From positions 1 through 64,000 of IMG/VR virus record IMGVR_UViG_3300021364_000009: a stretch of DNA of 64,000 bases. One strand, 5' to 3'. Under the pieces are notes generated by a model, which saw only the letters and a list, made by a program, of their open reading frames with translations, did not search any database and was not told the origin of the DNA. The translations under genes were made by a program, and so were the position numbers. Positions 55,901-64,000 of this stretch are shown here, in pieces. Each line of letters begins with the position of its first letter. Within the stretch, counting starts at the first letter, position 1. Source of the DNA: a virus.

Positions 55901-56751
55901 TTGATCTTTCAGAGTGTCTGCCTACAGCACCAGACCCTAAAGCGAATAAGATACTGATGAAGATGTATTTTAAAGCAGTAGATCAGGGTCTAAGCATTTT
56001 TGCAGACTTTAGCACAGGCGTCTATCAGTCAAGTGACTTGAAGTTCCCCAATGATTTCTTAAACGCTCAAATTGGTCTTGATCTTATCAAGAGCTTCAGA
56101 AGAGGTTTACGTTCTAAGTATAGTCCTAGAATGGCAGACCATATGGATTTCTTTGGTATAGATAACAAAGACAATACTATGGTTATGCCCGACAATACTT
56201 TCGGTGTCGATGCACTCGACAATGTGCTTCGAGTGAATAAGAGTATTGATGGGAGCATTGGTTCTATTCCAGAGTCTTTCTTTACAGGTGCTTATGCTCC
56301 TATTTTGGAGATCGTTCAGTTCTCACAAGATCGAGTCAATGTCGCAATAAAAGGTGACAAAATGACTTACACTAATGAGGACGGGGTAAAGCTAACCCAC
56401 TCTATTTCTCAAATTCAGAACGACATGAAGGCTCTTATGGTAGAGCGACTTGCTTCAGACTTTGGTATTTCTTCGGCAGACGCCACTACGATTATTGATG
56501 GTTTCCAAAACGTGATCGAGAAAGAAGACCAAGGGATCAGAATTGCACGATCTCGTCTTATGCTAGAGTGGTTTAGATCAGCAGTCATGGACTTGGCTTA
56601 TCTTTCCTCTGTTTGGGCTTTAGAGTCTATTACAGGCGATCTTGCAGACCCTGATATTTCTGATGAGTGCCTTGACTTCATGGATAGTCTTGCCACAGAT
56701 GCAGATAAGCGAAAGACGGCAAAGAAAGTACAAAAAGCTCTCGGGAACTGA
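52903..56751 (+). CDS. Large helical hypothetical protein (possible internal virion protein)
   Basis: GGAG RBS before ATG 52903; highly charged and helical; preceded by GTACTTTTTTTAT (52822-52834). Confidence 0.7.
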   Translation: MNTEAILQLCVDRATNLYLLHIMGIRLEAIQGANRQRIVETESSKLFAKLCASIHHQGEEGFVLMDDLFRLCVCPTFNTYEDVKEYNALASDKEKKELISSRNILVRRNKQVKFLEQLHRTVRGYFNSYFNKAIGTLIKQDITQIQGVPSDEYFVGKILELVSVGKRDEILEISYAQEFLRELPELQGALKADLLKKLRFKGRSTLYAKTYVFYNNRRMRGTQFQGIKGLRMRILKDAKYFNNQIKMYAQAELSKYVDRSFIGENMEREITDANEDQQLYKSVLKKTDGIFDLIEGREESVERYKEVKRNKADLARTDITRETTLEERKEILDARSDFIEAVVSAVKHKDVAKTDLQFISRQLLRDTASSLGGITDNDRRAFQEYVGFLQDKDTMMDVVGDADELEELQGILENILVQNPDSTQIISDFIGAISKVNKATKKAMAEVGEHLEIINKVIEQSSDQFSPSEFDSVRELLYQRRLNKGDLSTPEILDLSDSDRRAYLSGLATGYANDFVKNEEDVERFVMGRLGNVEKLDEWRRLYKSSDPSEKAKAEEMLSDFRGRLEADLRPQRRRGRQNKSRQDVRLSASQTLLAPTNSWVSSREKDKSSKFPYAEATVPPLDVLKDAISEVRTDLSSREVTKLAKEALSENESVFLIGGLISDSDGKKKIKTALDSMKIIDRDSWFKKRDALLKKIKMDAVKEMALLRSIEELLNTDAENILTTEGVATEQDFSDMRVLTVERNIDAYTGSVPKSELVKAKEEAFRQRAVAYSASDFDRDLFEYDNDPKNNYESAKKAWKDEVEDKLKDALKILKAMGVQVDGDELELMVDNKEVPPQSETSLDDQKYAVAQRKLSAIYVALQNLDIDSGTDRLVQEYKSAASARRTFVDGLKAKYKESSAAEEIEQELSDKEMETRNELSQGIQQALENLLESRDKNEFTGARKRKMQRAQAIRSKIYEDLNAKVTEAERNLGFKNVNDVLRSAKVMDMSLASLNSLLDLSECLPTAPDPKANKILMKMYFKAVDQGLSIFADFSTGVYQSSDLKFPNDFLNAQIGLDLIKSFRRGLRSKYSPRMADHMDFFGIDNKDNTMVMPDNTFGVDALDNVLRVNKSIDGSIGSIPESFFTGAYAPILEIVQFSQDRVNVAIKGDKMTYTNEDGVKLTHSISQIQNDMKALMVERLASDFGISSADATTIIDGFQNVIEKEDQGIRIARSRLMLEWFRSAVMDLAYLSSVWALESITGDLADPDISDECLDFMDSLATDADKRKTAKKVQKALGN

Positions 56752-56758
56752 GTTTTTA

Positions 56759-56822
56759 ATACTTAGTTTATTCTCCTAGAATGTTGTGAGAGAAGATTTA
56801 ACAACATTCTAGGAGAGTAAAC
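56759..56822 (+). promoter_or_regulatory. Putative late promoter (ATACTTAGTTTAT) overlapping a 22-bp RBS-sequestering hairpin
   Basis: Arms 56766-56787 and 56801-56822 pair fully (one G-U); the right arm contains AGGAGAG and ends at the ATG. Confidence 0.7.
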
Positions 56823-57866
56823 ATGAGCGAAGATGCTTTGTTAGCACACGCTTGTCCTCACCATATAAGGTATGAGAGGGCAACGATTATGGGGGGTAGA
56901 GAAATAACCACCCAATCTCCTATTTCTTCCACTAATCTTCTCGTTTTAAGATTTAATGGGGAAGAAATACCCAAAGAAGGTTTAGTGCTGGCATCTGAGA
57001 CTGTGTTCCCTTCTTCAGCTCCTTATCGTTTTACCTCAAGCACAAATACGCTCTTAGTCTTATCTGACGGCAAAGAAAGAAACATACAGTTCCCAACAAA
57101 CCTCCTATTTACTCAGAAAGAGATAGTTTCCTTCTTAAATAAAGAGCTTCCCTTTCCCGTGTATGCCGAACCTTACGAGTCTTCTGTAAAACTGACTAAC
57201 CAAAAGAATAGTGAGAGCTTGTCTCTTAAAGGTACAGCTTTGGCAAAACTAGGGTATGCTTCTACTAAGGTTTTCGTAAGAAATAAGAAAAAGATTGGGG
57301 AGTGGGGTTTACAGAAGCGTTTTGGAGGTGGATATAAGATATTCTTCAAGAAAGAAGAACATTTTGACGGGATTGTGGATATTTCTTACCTCACAGAAAA
57401 GAATTTTTGCAGAAGGTGTGCAACTACAGGAGTTGAGAACGACTTCAGATTTGATGAGAGAGGCGGGATAAAGACGATTTCAGACCATAACCTGCTTTAT
57501 CAGTCTCTTTCTAAAGTTCTTCTTACAGAGATTACCTCAAACCCATACCATAATTGGTATGGCTCTAACGCTATGACTTTAATTGGTCGTAAAGTTAGTG
57601 CTTCTGTAGTTCAGTCCCTTCGTGCGTCTGTTCGTGATGCTCTTACTACTTTTAAGAATGTCCAAGATCAGCAAGCCTCTATCCAAGATATGTCTTTGAA
57701 AGAAAGATTGCGTAGGGTGGTAAGTATAGATGTTTCTACTATTGGAGAAGATGAAACCTCTTATTTGGTTTCTATTGTGGCAGAGAGTATGTCTAGTGAA
57801 CAAGTAAGCATCAACCTTGTATTTGCTGTTCCTGGTTCGTTTTCATTAGATGGAGATTTGACATGA
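56823..57866 (+). CDS. Baseplate wedge gp25-like protein with N-terminal extension
   Basis: LYQSLSKVLLT..NPYHNWYGS; upstream of the gpJ-like gene. Confidence 0.7.
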   Translation: MSEDALLAHACPHHIRYERATIMGGREITTQSPISSTNLLVLRFNGEEIPKEGLVLASETVFPSSAPYRFTSSTNTLLVLSDGKERNIQFPTNLLFTQKEIVSFLNKELPFPVYAEPYESSVKLTNQKNSESLSLKGTALAKLGYASTKVFVRNKKKIGEWGLQKRFGGGYKIFFKKEEHFDGIVDISYLTEKNFCRRCATTGVENDFRFDERGGIKTISDHNLLYQSLSKVLLTEITSNPYHNWYGSNAMTLIGRKVSASVVQSLRASVRDALTTFKNVQDQQASIQDMSLKERLRRVVSIDVSTIGEDETSYLVSIVAESMSSEQVSINLVFAVPGSFSLDGDLT

Positions 57867-60800
57867 TTAAGATTATTAAGCCCGATGGGAATACCGTAGA
57901 AACACCTGTCCACTATAGTACAAGCCTACAAACAGTTTATATACGAGGTCTAGTGCCAGTAGAAGTTAATCGCATAGAAATAGAATATGCGAATACGAGG
58001 TTTTCTCCCGAAGACGTATATGTAAACAACGGACAATTTACTTTCCCTAATCCAAATGTATTCTCAGAAGGTATTGATCTTTCTACAGGTCAAAATAACT
58101 TTAAGATTAATGCTTTCAATAATAACATTTCGTATGGGATGTTAGAGCTGAATGTCATTTTCTCTTCTGACGTAGTAGGCTTGGCAACTCCTCCAAGTGG
58201 GTTGAAAGTCAACCGCTCTAATAACTTCGTAGAAATATCTTTCGACCATATAGACGAGAGTGTTTCTTACTATAATATCTATGCGAGTAGTGTTTCAGGT
58301 GGTGTTCTTAGTAACTATTTTAAAATAAACTTCGAGCCACTTAGTCCTAGCAAATATGGGAAGAGAGAAGAAATCTCTAGTCCGATCAAAGAAATCTCTT
58401 CAGACATGAGTGTTGAGCCTGTAGACCCTCTTTTCTTAGAATTGTCCGTACAACAAAAAGACGTTTCTGACGTAACTCTCTCTAACAATGTTCTTGATGC
58501 GTTTGAAGTGCCTGAGACTGTGAGTCGAGTTCGTATTTCGTCTTCTTTTCAGAGTGTCGCTTTAAAGACCCGTGTTTCTTTTAATCACTTTAGAAATGCA
58601 GAGCCAACCTCTATCCCCCCTACCATACCTGTGGGTGTTCTTAGCTCTACTCCTTTAGATAAGCCTCTCTACTATGTGGCGACTTCCGTTAAGGTTATCG
58701 GAGGTGTAGAAGTAGAGAGTGCTATTTCTAGTGAAGTTTCGGGGATGCCAATACAAGTGACAAACACCACACTCTCCCTACCTGTTGTAGGGAGAGATCA
58801 AATGGCTACGGATATGATTCAGAGTATATTTCTAGCCCAACCTAACATTGCGGTGCAAGCAGGTTCGGTGGTCAGAGATGTGATCATAGACCCCTTCTTG
58901 TCAGAAATGGAGCGAGTTCGTTTCCTTTTAGATTTCTGTTATCGTTCTTCTTCTTTTTCGGGGTTGCTCAGTATTGACGACCCTCTAAATGAAGGGGCTT
59001 CTATTCCGGTAGAGGATAGTCAATATAAAACTGTCTTAACCCAAGCTCTTTTTACAACGGAAGACCAAGTTCAGTATTTCATAGACTCGGCATTTGAAAA
59101 ACTTGCCTCTAATTTTGGAGTGAGCAGAAGTATAGGAAAACAAGCTTCTGGTGAAGTTGAGTTCTTTACTACCACAACACCTACTTCTTCTATTTCTATA
59201 CCGACAGGCACTGTGGTTTCTTCTTCCACTTCGGATTTCATCACCACCCTCTCTGTTGTGATGAACGTAGATCAGCTAAGTCAGTATTACAACCCTACCA
59301 CTAAGAAATACTCGATCACGGTTCCAGTCCAAGCTTTAGAAGCAGGTCTAAATGGTAATTTGACCTCTGACCAAATAAATCAAGGAGCACCTTTTGGGCT
59401 GAAAGTGACGAACTCAGCCCCTACTTTTGGAGGGACAGAGACTGAGACCAACTCAGAGTTAGCTTCAAGAGCTTTAGCTACTTTATCCTCAGTCGATGTA
59501 GGTACGAAGGCCGGCTTAGAGCGTGTTTCAAGAAGTATTGCAGGAGTAGTTAACAGCTTTGTAGTGGACAGCGAAAGTCCTTTCATGCAAAGAGATGAGG
59601 GTCTTGGTGGGAAGGTAGACGTGTGGGTAAGAGGCGAGAGTTTAGCTACTGTTTCAGATATTTATGCTCCGAGCTACCAATCTCATTTTGAGAGCAGATT
59701 CATTCCTATTTCTACAGGCTATGTTTTCAGAAATATGGAAGCTACTGTAGAGTCTCCTATTTCTCAGATGATAGACCGAGGAAATCTAGGCTTTGGGTTG
59801 AGAAACCTAAGTACCTCTACAGTATTTGATCTTACAAACGTGACGGTTTTAGACTACAGGACGATACAGCTCGACAACACCATCCCCCAACCAACCTACA
59901 ATGTGGCAGACAACATTGTGGGAGATTGGAGATCGAACGTCTCAAGTAAAATCGTTTTAAAGAGACAACCGGTAAGAGAAATTAAAGCGATAAGCTACGC
60001 TGAAGGTACAGAAATCTCAGATTTTGTTTTTGTAGACAAAGAGGACGCTCTTAGATTGGGACGTTCTTCAAAGTCTTCTGACCATGTTTTGATCACGAAT
60101 GACACCACAAGAAATAAGATTATTTCCATTACGGGAGAGGCACATACTGTAGTTGGGTTCTACCCTGAAAGGCTTGGAAATCTTGGAGTCGATCAGCTTT
60201 CTATAGTTGTGTCGGATGTTGCAGGGACGACAATATACAAAAGCCCGTTTTTGAACGACTCTCCTGACTATACTATTTCAAGAGACTCTAATGACATTAC
60301 TTACATACAGAGAACTTCAGACAGTGCCATAAAAGACGGAGACGTGGTTCATGTTTCTTACGAGCACTTGGAGAATATTGTTGTTAGTTACGTTACAAAT
60401 CTAGTCGTATCAAACGCACAAAACAGCATCGACAATAGTAAGAATATCTTTGCCGATATTGTAGTGAAAGAAGCTATCGGTTGTTTTGTTGATATAAAAG
60501 CTACCGTAGTTTTAGATCGTGGAGTTCGGTCTACGCTTGTAGATTCAGAAATACGCTATGCTCTGACTTCCTTCATCAATGAATCTTCTCTTGGGGGTTC
60601 AATAAGACATTCAGAAGTAGTCACCGTTTTGAATAGCGTAGATGGCGTAAATCATGTGGTGTTGCCTTTAACTCAAATGTCCTTCGCACACGACACCTAT
60701 ATCCTAAGAGAGGGTATTTCTCTTGGGTCTAGTGGCTTCAATCGTGTGCCTTCTCTCTCGAATTCAAGAGTATCTGTGTGGGCAATAGACTCAGAACTTT

Positions 60801-61135
60801 TAAATAAGACACAAGACTTAGGTGGGGCTAGAGGTCGAGTCTTTATCGAGAAAGAAGAAATGAGGATGTTGGACACTTTGGAGAGGGTGAACTCGCCTTC
60901 TTGGGAACATAAAACCTGTACCATCGTAAATGATGTTGGCTTAGGTATAGAGGGTATAAAGACCAACAACAGAATTTTGATTGCTTTAAATATAGGGGAG
61001 AGTCCTTCAGAGTATTCTTACTATGTAGACTACAATGTTGAAGGACAAATAGAGACAGTTTCGGAACTCAAGCTAAACAACTTCTCTTTCTTTAGAACAG
61101 GTGATCTGAATTTCACATATGAAGAGGTACAGTAA
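57863..61135 (+). CDS. Baseplate J-like (gp6-like) wedge protein
   Basis: GSVVRDVIIDP, LASNFGVSR..ASGEVEF, IPTGTVV, VQALEAGLNGN, GGTETETNSELASR. Confidence 0.85.
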   Translation: MIKIIKPDGNTVETPVHYSTSLQTVYIRGLVPVEVNRIEIEYANTRFSPEDVYVNNGQFTFPNPNVFSEGIDLSTGQNNFKINAFNNNISYGMLELNVIFSSDVVGLATPPSGLKVNRSNNFVEISFDHIDESVSYYNIYASSVSGGVLSNYFKINFEPLSPSKYGKREEISSPIKEISSDMSVEPVDPLFLELSVQQKDVSDVTLSNNVLDAFEVPETVSRVRISSSFQSVALKTRVSFNHFRNAEPTSIPPTIPVGVLSSTPLDKPLYYVATSVKVIGGVEVESAISSEVSGMPIQVTNTTLSLPVVGRDQMATDMIQSIFLAQPNIAVQAGSVVRDVIIDPFLSEMERVRFLLDFCYRSSSFSGLLSIDDPLNEGASIPVEDSQYKTVLTQALFTTEDQVQYFIDSAFEKLASNFGVSRSIGKQASGEVEFFTTTTPTSSISIPTGTVVSSSTSDFITTLSVVMNVDQLSQYYNPTTKKYSITVPVQALEAGLNGNLTSDQINQGAPFGLKVTNSAPTFGGTETETNSELASRALATLSSVDVGTKAGLERVSRSIAGVVNSFVVDSESPFMQRDEGLGGKVDVWVRGESLATVSDIYAPSYQSHFESRFIPISTGYVFRNMEATVESPISQMIDRGNLGFGLRNLSTSTVFDLTNVTVLDYRTIQLDNTIPQPTYNVADNIVGDWRSNVSSKIVLKRQPVREIKAISYAEGTEISDFVFVDKEDALRLGRSSKSSDHVLITNDTTRNKIISITGEAHTVVGFYPERLGNLGVDQLSIVVSDVAGTTIYKSPFLNDSPDYTISRDSNDITYIQRTSDSAIKDGDVVHVSYEHLENIVVSYVTNLVVSNAQNSIDNSKNIFADIVVKEAIGCFVDIKATVVLDRGVRSTLVDSEIRYALTSFINESSLGGSIRHSEVVTVLNSVDGVNHVVLPLTQMSFAHDTYILREGISLGSSGFNRVPSLSNSRVSVWAIDSELLNKTQDLGGARGRVFIEKEEMRMLDTLERVNSPSWEHKTCTIVNDVGLGIEGIKTNNRILIALNIGESPSEYSYYVDYNVEGQIETVSELKLNNFSFFRTGDLNFTYEEVQ

Positions 61136-64000
61136 TGAAGTTTATCCCTGATCTTCGAGAAGACAAAGACCCTCTAGGGTCGTCGTCTCAAAACAAAAAG
61201 AAATTTGTCGATTATATTTCAGAGCAAGTCACTCTAAACTTAGCTAATTCGACAGCTTCTAACTATAACTTCCAAAACTACGGCTCAAATCAGAGGATTA
61301 TTTTTGAGTCTGTAGCGAAGATCATTGCAGAAATATTTGTAGACATTTCAGACTTTGAAGACGATATTTCTTTTTCTAACTTAAGATCGGAGTTTATAGC
61401 CAACAAGCTCCTAAGCTTGGTTTTTGAAGAAGAAAACATCCCAAACATAAAAGACACAGAGAATTTAAGATACCTCTGCCAAGAGGTAGTTCAAAGTCTT
61501 CTCTTGGGTTCTACCGAAGAAAGCATACTAAAAGCTTTAGAGAGCACTAAAGATGGTGACTTAATTGAGCTAAGGCAGATTAGTCAGCATGTTATTTCTA
61601 TATATTCTTCGACCCTTAAATACACAAGCAACCCTTTAGATACGACAACCCCAATGCACCGACATGTAGTGTTCGCTAAGTCGAATGGTGTCGGGGCGAC
61701 TTCTGCACCTATCGGTAAGAATTGGGGAGAAGAGCTTCACTACCACGAAGTTGTAGATGGGGTGGTTCAACCTTATAACGGGCATACACATGATGTAGAG
61801 CTAGGTATTTCTTCCACTTCTCTTGAAGAACAAGAAAATCTGAGAAAGGTGTTGCGTACCACTAAGCCGGCTCACCTAAAGATCGGAGAAGTGTCTTCTG
61901 TTTTAGCTGAGAGAATTCAGCCTCCTTCAGGTTCGACCGTGAACTTTAAAAAAGAAGGTGGGGTTATTTCTGTAGTTAACCCTGAAAAGGAAGAAGACTT
62001 CATCTTCTCACTTGGAGGCTCTTACCAAGAAAATATGAGAAAGGTAAGGGTTGGTACATGGGAGAATGTAGTCTTCGGATACTATAAAGACCAAAAGATC
62101 AGAGTTTCTAATGCTCTTGTAAGTCCTCTCGACAACATCTCTGTAGGTGGAAAAATCAGAAAAGTGTCGGAGGTTGTGGAAGTCTCTGTTGCAGACGGAG
62201 AATATGTTGCAAACCTTCTAAGACACAACAAAACTTTAACTGTGAATGTGTTAAATGGGTTTATTTCTGTAGATGAAACAATAGGAAACAACGAAGTTTT
62301 TGTAATAGAAGGAGAGTGTTATTTTGCAGAGAAAAGGGCAAAAGGAGTTTCGTATCTTAAAGCTATAGAAATAAGATTAGCTTCTTCTGTAGATGTCGGA
62401 GAAGGTCTAAATGAAGTTTCTTTCTTAGATTTAAGCTGGTATTCACCCACCACACTTAAATACCGAAAAGCTGTTATCCGAGTTAGAGAACACGGGGGTT
62501 TTTTCTACGCAGAGTTGAATGTGCCTCAAAGAAAAACATTTAGAGGGCTACCTGTTCTTAAAGAAGATTTTATTATAGACCCACAATATGTTCTTTTAGA
62601 GTACTATCCTTATTTCTTGTCTATAGCAGGTCTCTCTAACAAGATTGTCTTGAAATTTGAGAACACCAACCTAACTGAAGGGCAAGAAATAGAAATACTA
62701 TGTCCACTAGGTGAAGACGATCTTATCAACTTCACGGAACTCAACTCAGAACAATTCGTTTTAAATGCTTCGAGAAAAACAAGAAGGAGCGAGAAAGTAC
62801 CTAGCCCGTCAAAGATCGCAACTCAGAGTAAATACAACTCTAGTTCTTCGCCTACAGTCGGGTTGTACCCAACTCTTCCAACACAGCCGTTTAACTTTGA
62901 GACATTCAAAGCAGACTCTACTTCTTTAGGTACTTTTGGCTTAAACACATATGATCCGACAGACATTACAAACTCACAGAAGAACCAACTTCTCGTAGGT
63001 TTGAACTCTAAGTATAATTCTTATACGCACTTCACATTAAACACATACAACAAAGTCTCCTCTAATGTTTCTGATATAAAAGACTATGCAAGAAAGACTT
63101 TAAGTGTTTTTGGAGGCGTTGTATCTTTCAACGCTCTAGGCTTCAGACCTGACTTTATCGTTTCGGTTTTAGATTCAGACTTGAGAGAGTATCAATATGA
63201 GATCACGCCTAGAGGGTTGAAGGTTTTTGGAGCGGAAGAAGGTCTTGAAGTTACAGTCACTTCGATTTCTACCAATCCGTACAAGAAATCTACTTGGGCA
63301 AAAGGAAATGTCCTCAGCGAAGGACAAGCTCCTTTTGATTTCCCTGAGAAGAGTATTCGAGAAACTACGTCTTTCCCCGAAGACATCATGCGAAATCCAC
63401 AAGGGAGAGTGCTAGACTCTTCAGATTTTGCGGAAGACAAACAAAGACTAGACTTATATCACAAAGAAATAACATCTGAAGGGGTGGTGGCAGAGGAGAT
63501 TTTCTACGAAGACGATCTGACTCGGTTAGAAATAAAAGGACACCCCTTTATTAGAAATATAAAAGCGATTAAGCCCACAGTTAAAGTAGTTCGTCCCTCT
63601 CTGATGACAAATACGTCTAACACTCTTATTGGGATACGAAGTGTTCTAAACAGACGTGAAGTGCTTGAAAGTGAAGGGCTAAGAATAAAACTGATCCCCA
63701 AGGAAGACATTGATCTTCTTTCACGTTTCTTTTTCGGTGTGTTCTTGGAAGATCAAGTCAATATCAATGATGCCGACCAAGAAATACCTCTTATTTCTTT
63801 CAAAGACCATCAAGATGTCGGTGATGTGTTAAATATCAATGACGATGGTGTTTCTTTAGAGTTTAACCTTTCTCTCGAAGACGAAGTTCCTCTAATCCGA
63901 GACAACCCTTTAGTGATAGGTGGGGATTTCCTTTTAGAGGAAAACCTCGAAGATGGCGTATCCATCTCAGATTTAGACCCTCTCGACACTGTGTATTTGC
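61135..64000 (+). CDS. Baseplate wedge gpI/gp7-like protein, truncated at the window end
   Basis: ATG overlaps the gpJ-like stop (MKFIPDLREDKD...); LRTTKPAH motif; His-rich HRH/HYH/HTH insert; appears open to the window end. Confidence 0.7.
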   Translation, partial: MKFIPDLREDKDPLGSSSQNKKKFVDYISEQVTLNLANSTASNYNFQNYGSNQRIIFESVAKIIAEIFVDISDFEDDISFSNLRSEFIANKLLSLVFEEENIPNIKDTENLRYLCQEVVQSLLLGSTEESILKALESTKDGDLIELRQISQHVISIYSSTLKYTSNPLDTTTPMHRHVVFAKSNGVGATSAPIGKNWGEELHYHEVVDGVVQPYNGHTHDVELGISSTSLEEQENLRKVLRTTKPAHLKIGEVSSVLAERIQPPSGSTVNFKKEGGVISVVNPEKEEDFIFSLGGSYQENMRKVRVGTWENVVFGYYKDQKIRVSNALVSPLDNISVGGKIRKVSEVVEVSVADGEYVANLLRHNKTLTVNVLNGFISVDETIGNNEVFVIEGECYFAEKRAKGVSYLKAIEIRLASSVDVGEGLNEVSFLDLSWYSPTTLKYRKAVIRVREHGGFFYAELNVPQRKTFRGLPVLKEDFIIDPQYVLLEYYPYFLSIAGLSNKIVLKFENTNLTEGQEIEILCPLGEDDLINFTELNSEQFVLNASRKTRRSEKVPSPSKIATQSKYNSSSSPTVGLYPTLPTQPFNFETFKADSTSLGTFGLNTYDPTDITNSQKNQLLVGLNSKYNSYTHFTLNTYNKVSSNVSDIKDYARKTLSVFGGVVSFNALGFRPDFIVSVLDSDLREYQYEITPRGLKVFGAEEGLEVTVTSISTNPYKKSTWAKGNVLSEGQAPFDFPEKSIRETTSFPEDIMRNPQGRVLDSSDFAEDKQRLDLYHKEITSEGVVAEEIFYEDDLTRLEIKGHPFIRNIKAIKPTVKVVRPSLMTNTSNTLIGIRSVLNRREVLESEGLRIKLIPKEDIDLLSRFFFGVFLEDQVNINDADQEIPLISFKDHQDVGDVLNINDDGVSLEFNLSLEDEVPLIRDNPLVIGGDFLLEENLEDGVSISDLDPLDTVYL

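Noticed and set aside
1-64000. Alternative genetic code (recoded TAG/TGA) as in some large phages
   Set aside because: Long genes are intact under the standard code and TAA, TAG and TGA all end genes
1-64000. tRNA, rRNA or large ncRNA genes
   Set aside because: Intergenic gaps are short and no cloverleaf or T-loop signature was seen; tRNAscan/Infernal not run

Overview
Gene-dense, AT-rich 64 kb segment that reads as part of a large contractile-tailed (myovirus/jumbo-like) dsDNA phage genome, probably of a Gram-negative host. It uses the standard genetic code. The + strand carries mostly virion genes: tail tube, chaperones, tape measure, baseplate hub and spike at 6.6-20.7 kb, and gp25-, gpJ- and gpI-like wedge genes from 56.8 kb to the end. 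The - strand carries mostly replication and DNA-metabolism genes: family A polymerase, DnaB-like helicase, loader-like protein, SNF2 helicase, stand-alone primase Zn finger, ClpP-like protease, Hc1-like protein and four tandem DNA amino-methyltransferases. No capsid, terminase, portal, tRNA or CRISPR was recognised. Main unexplained signals: (1) about a dozen unrelated proteins (CHAP hydrolase, two GNATs, Zn-peptidase/WGR, HAD, C39 peptidase, unknowns) share short helical tags (LExRVAxLE, [RK][VI]Axx[YF][LI]) and K/R-x-A/S sites, suggesting a capsid-targeting/processing system for injected effectors; (2) a recurring 13-bp ATA[G/C]YnnnT[T/C]TAT element precedes these and structural genes (candidate late promoter), and one copy overlaps a 22-bp hairpin burying a ribosome-binding site; (3) a mosaic four-gene methyltransferase array sits in the helicase operon, alongside apparent GCGC/CGCG avoidance; (4) a type IB topoisomerase and a TM-coiled-coil-beta-strand spanin-like protein. 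All family calls come from motif recognition by eye; no database searches were run.
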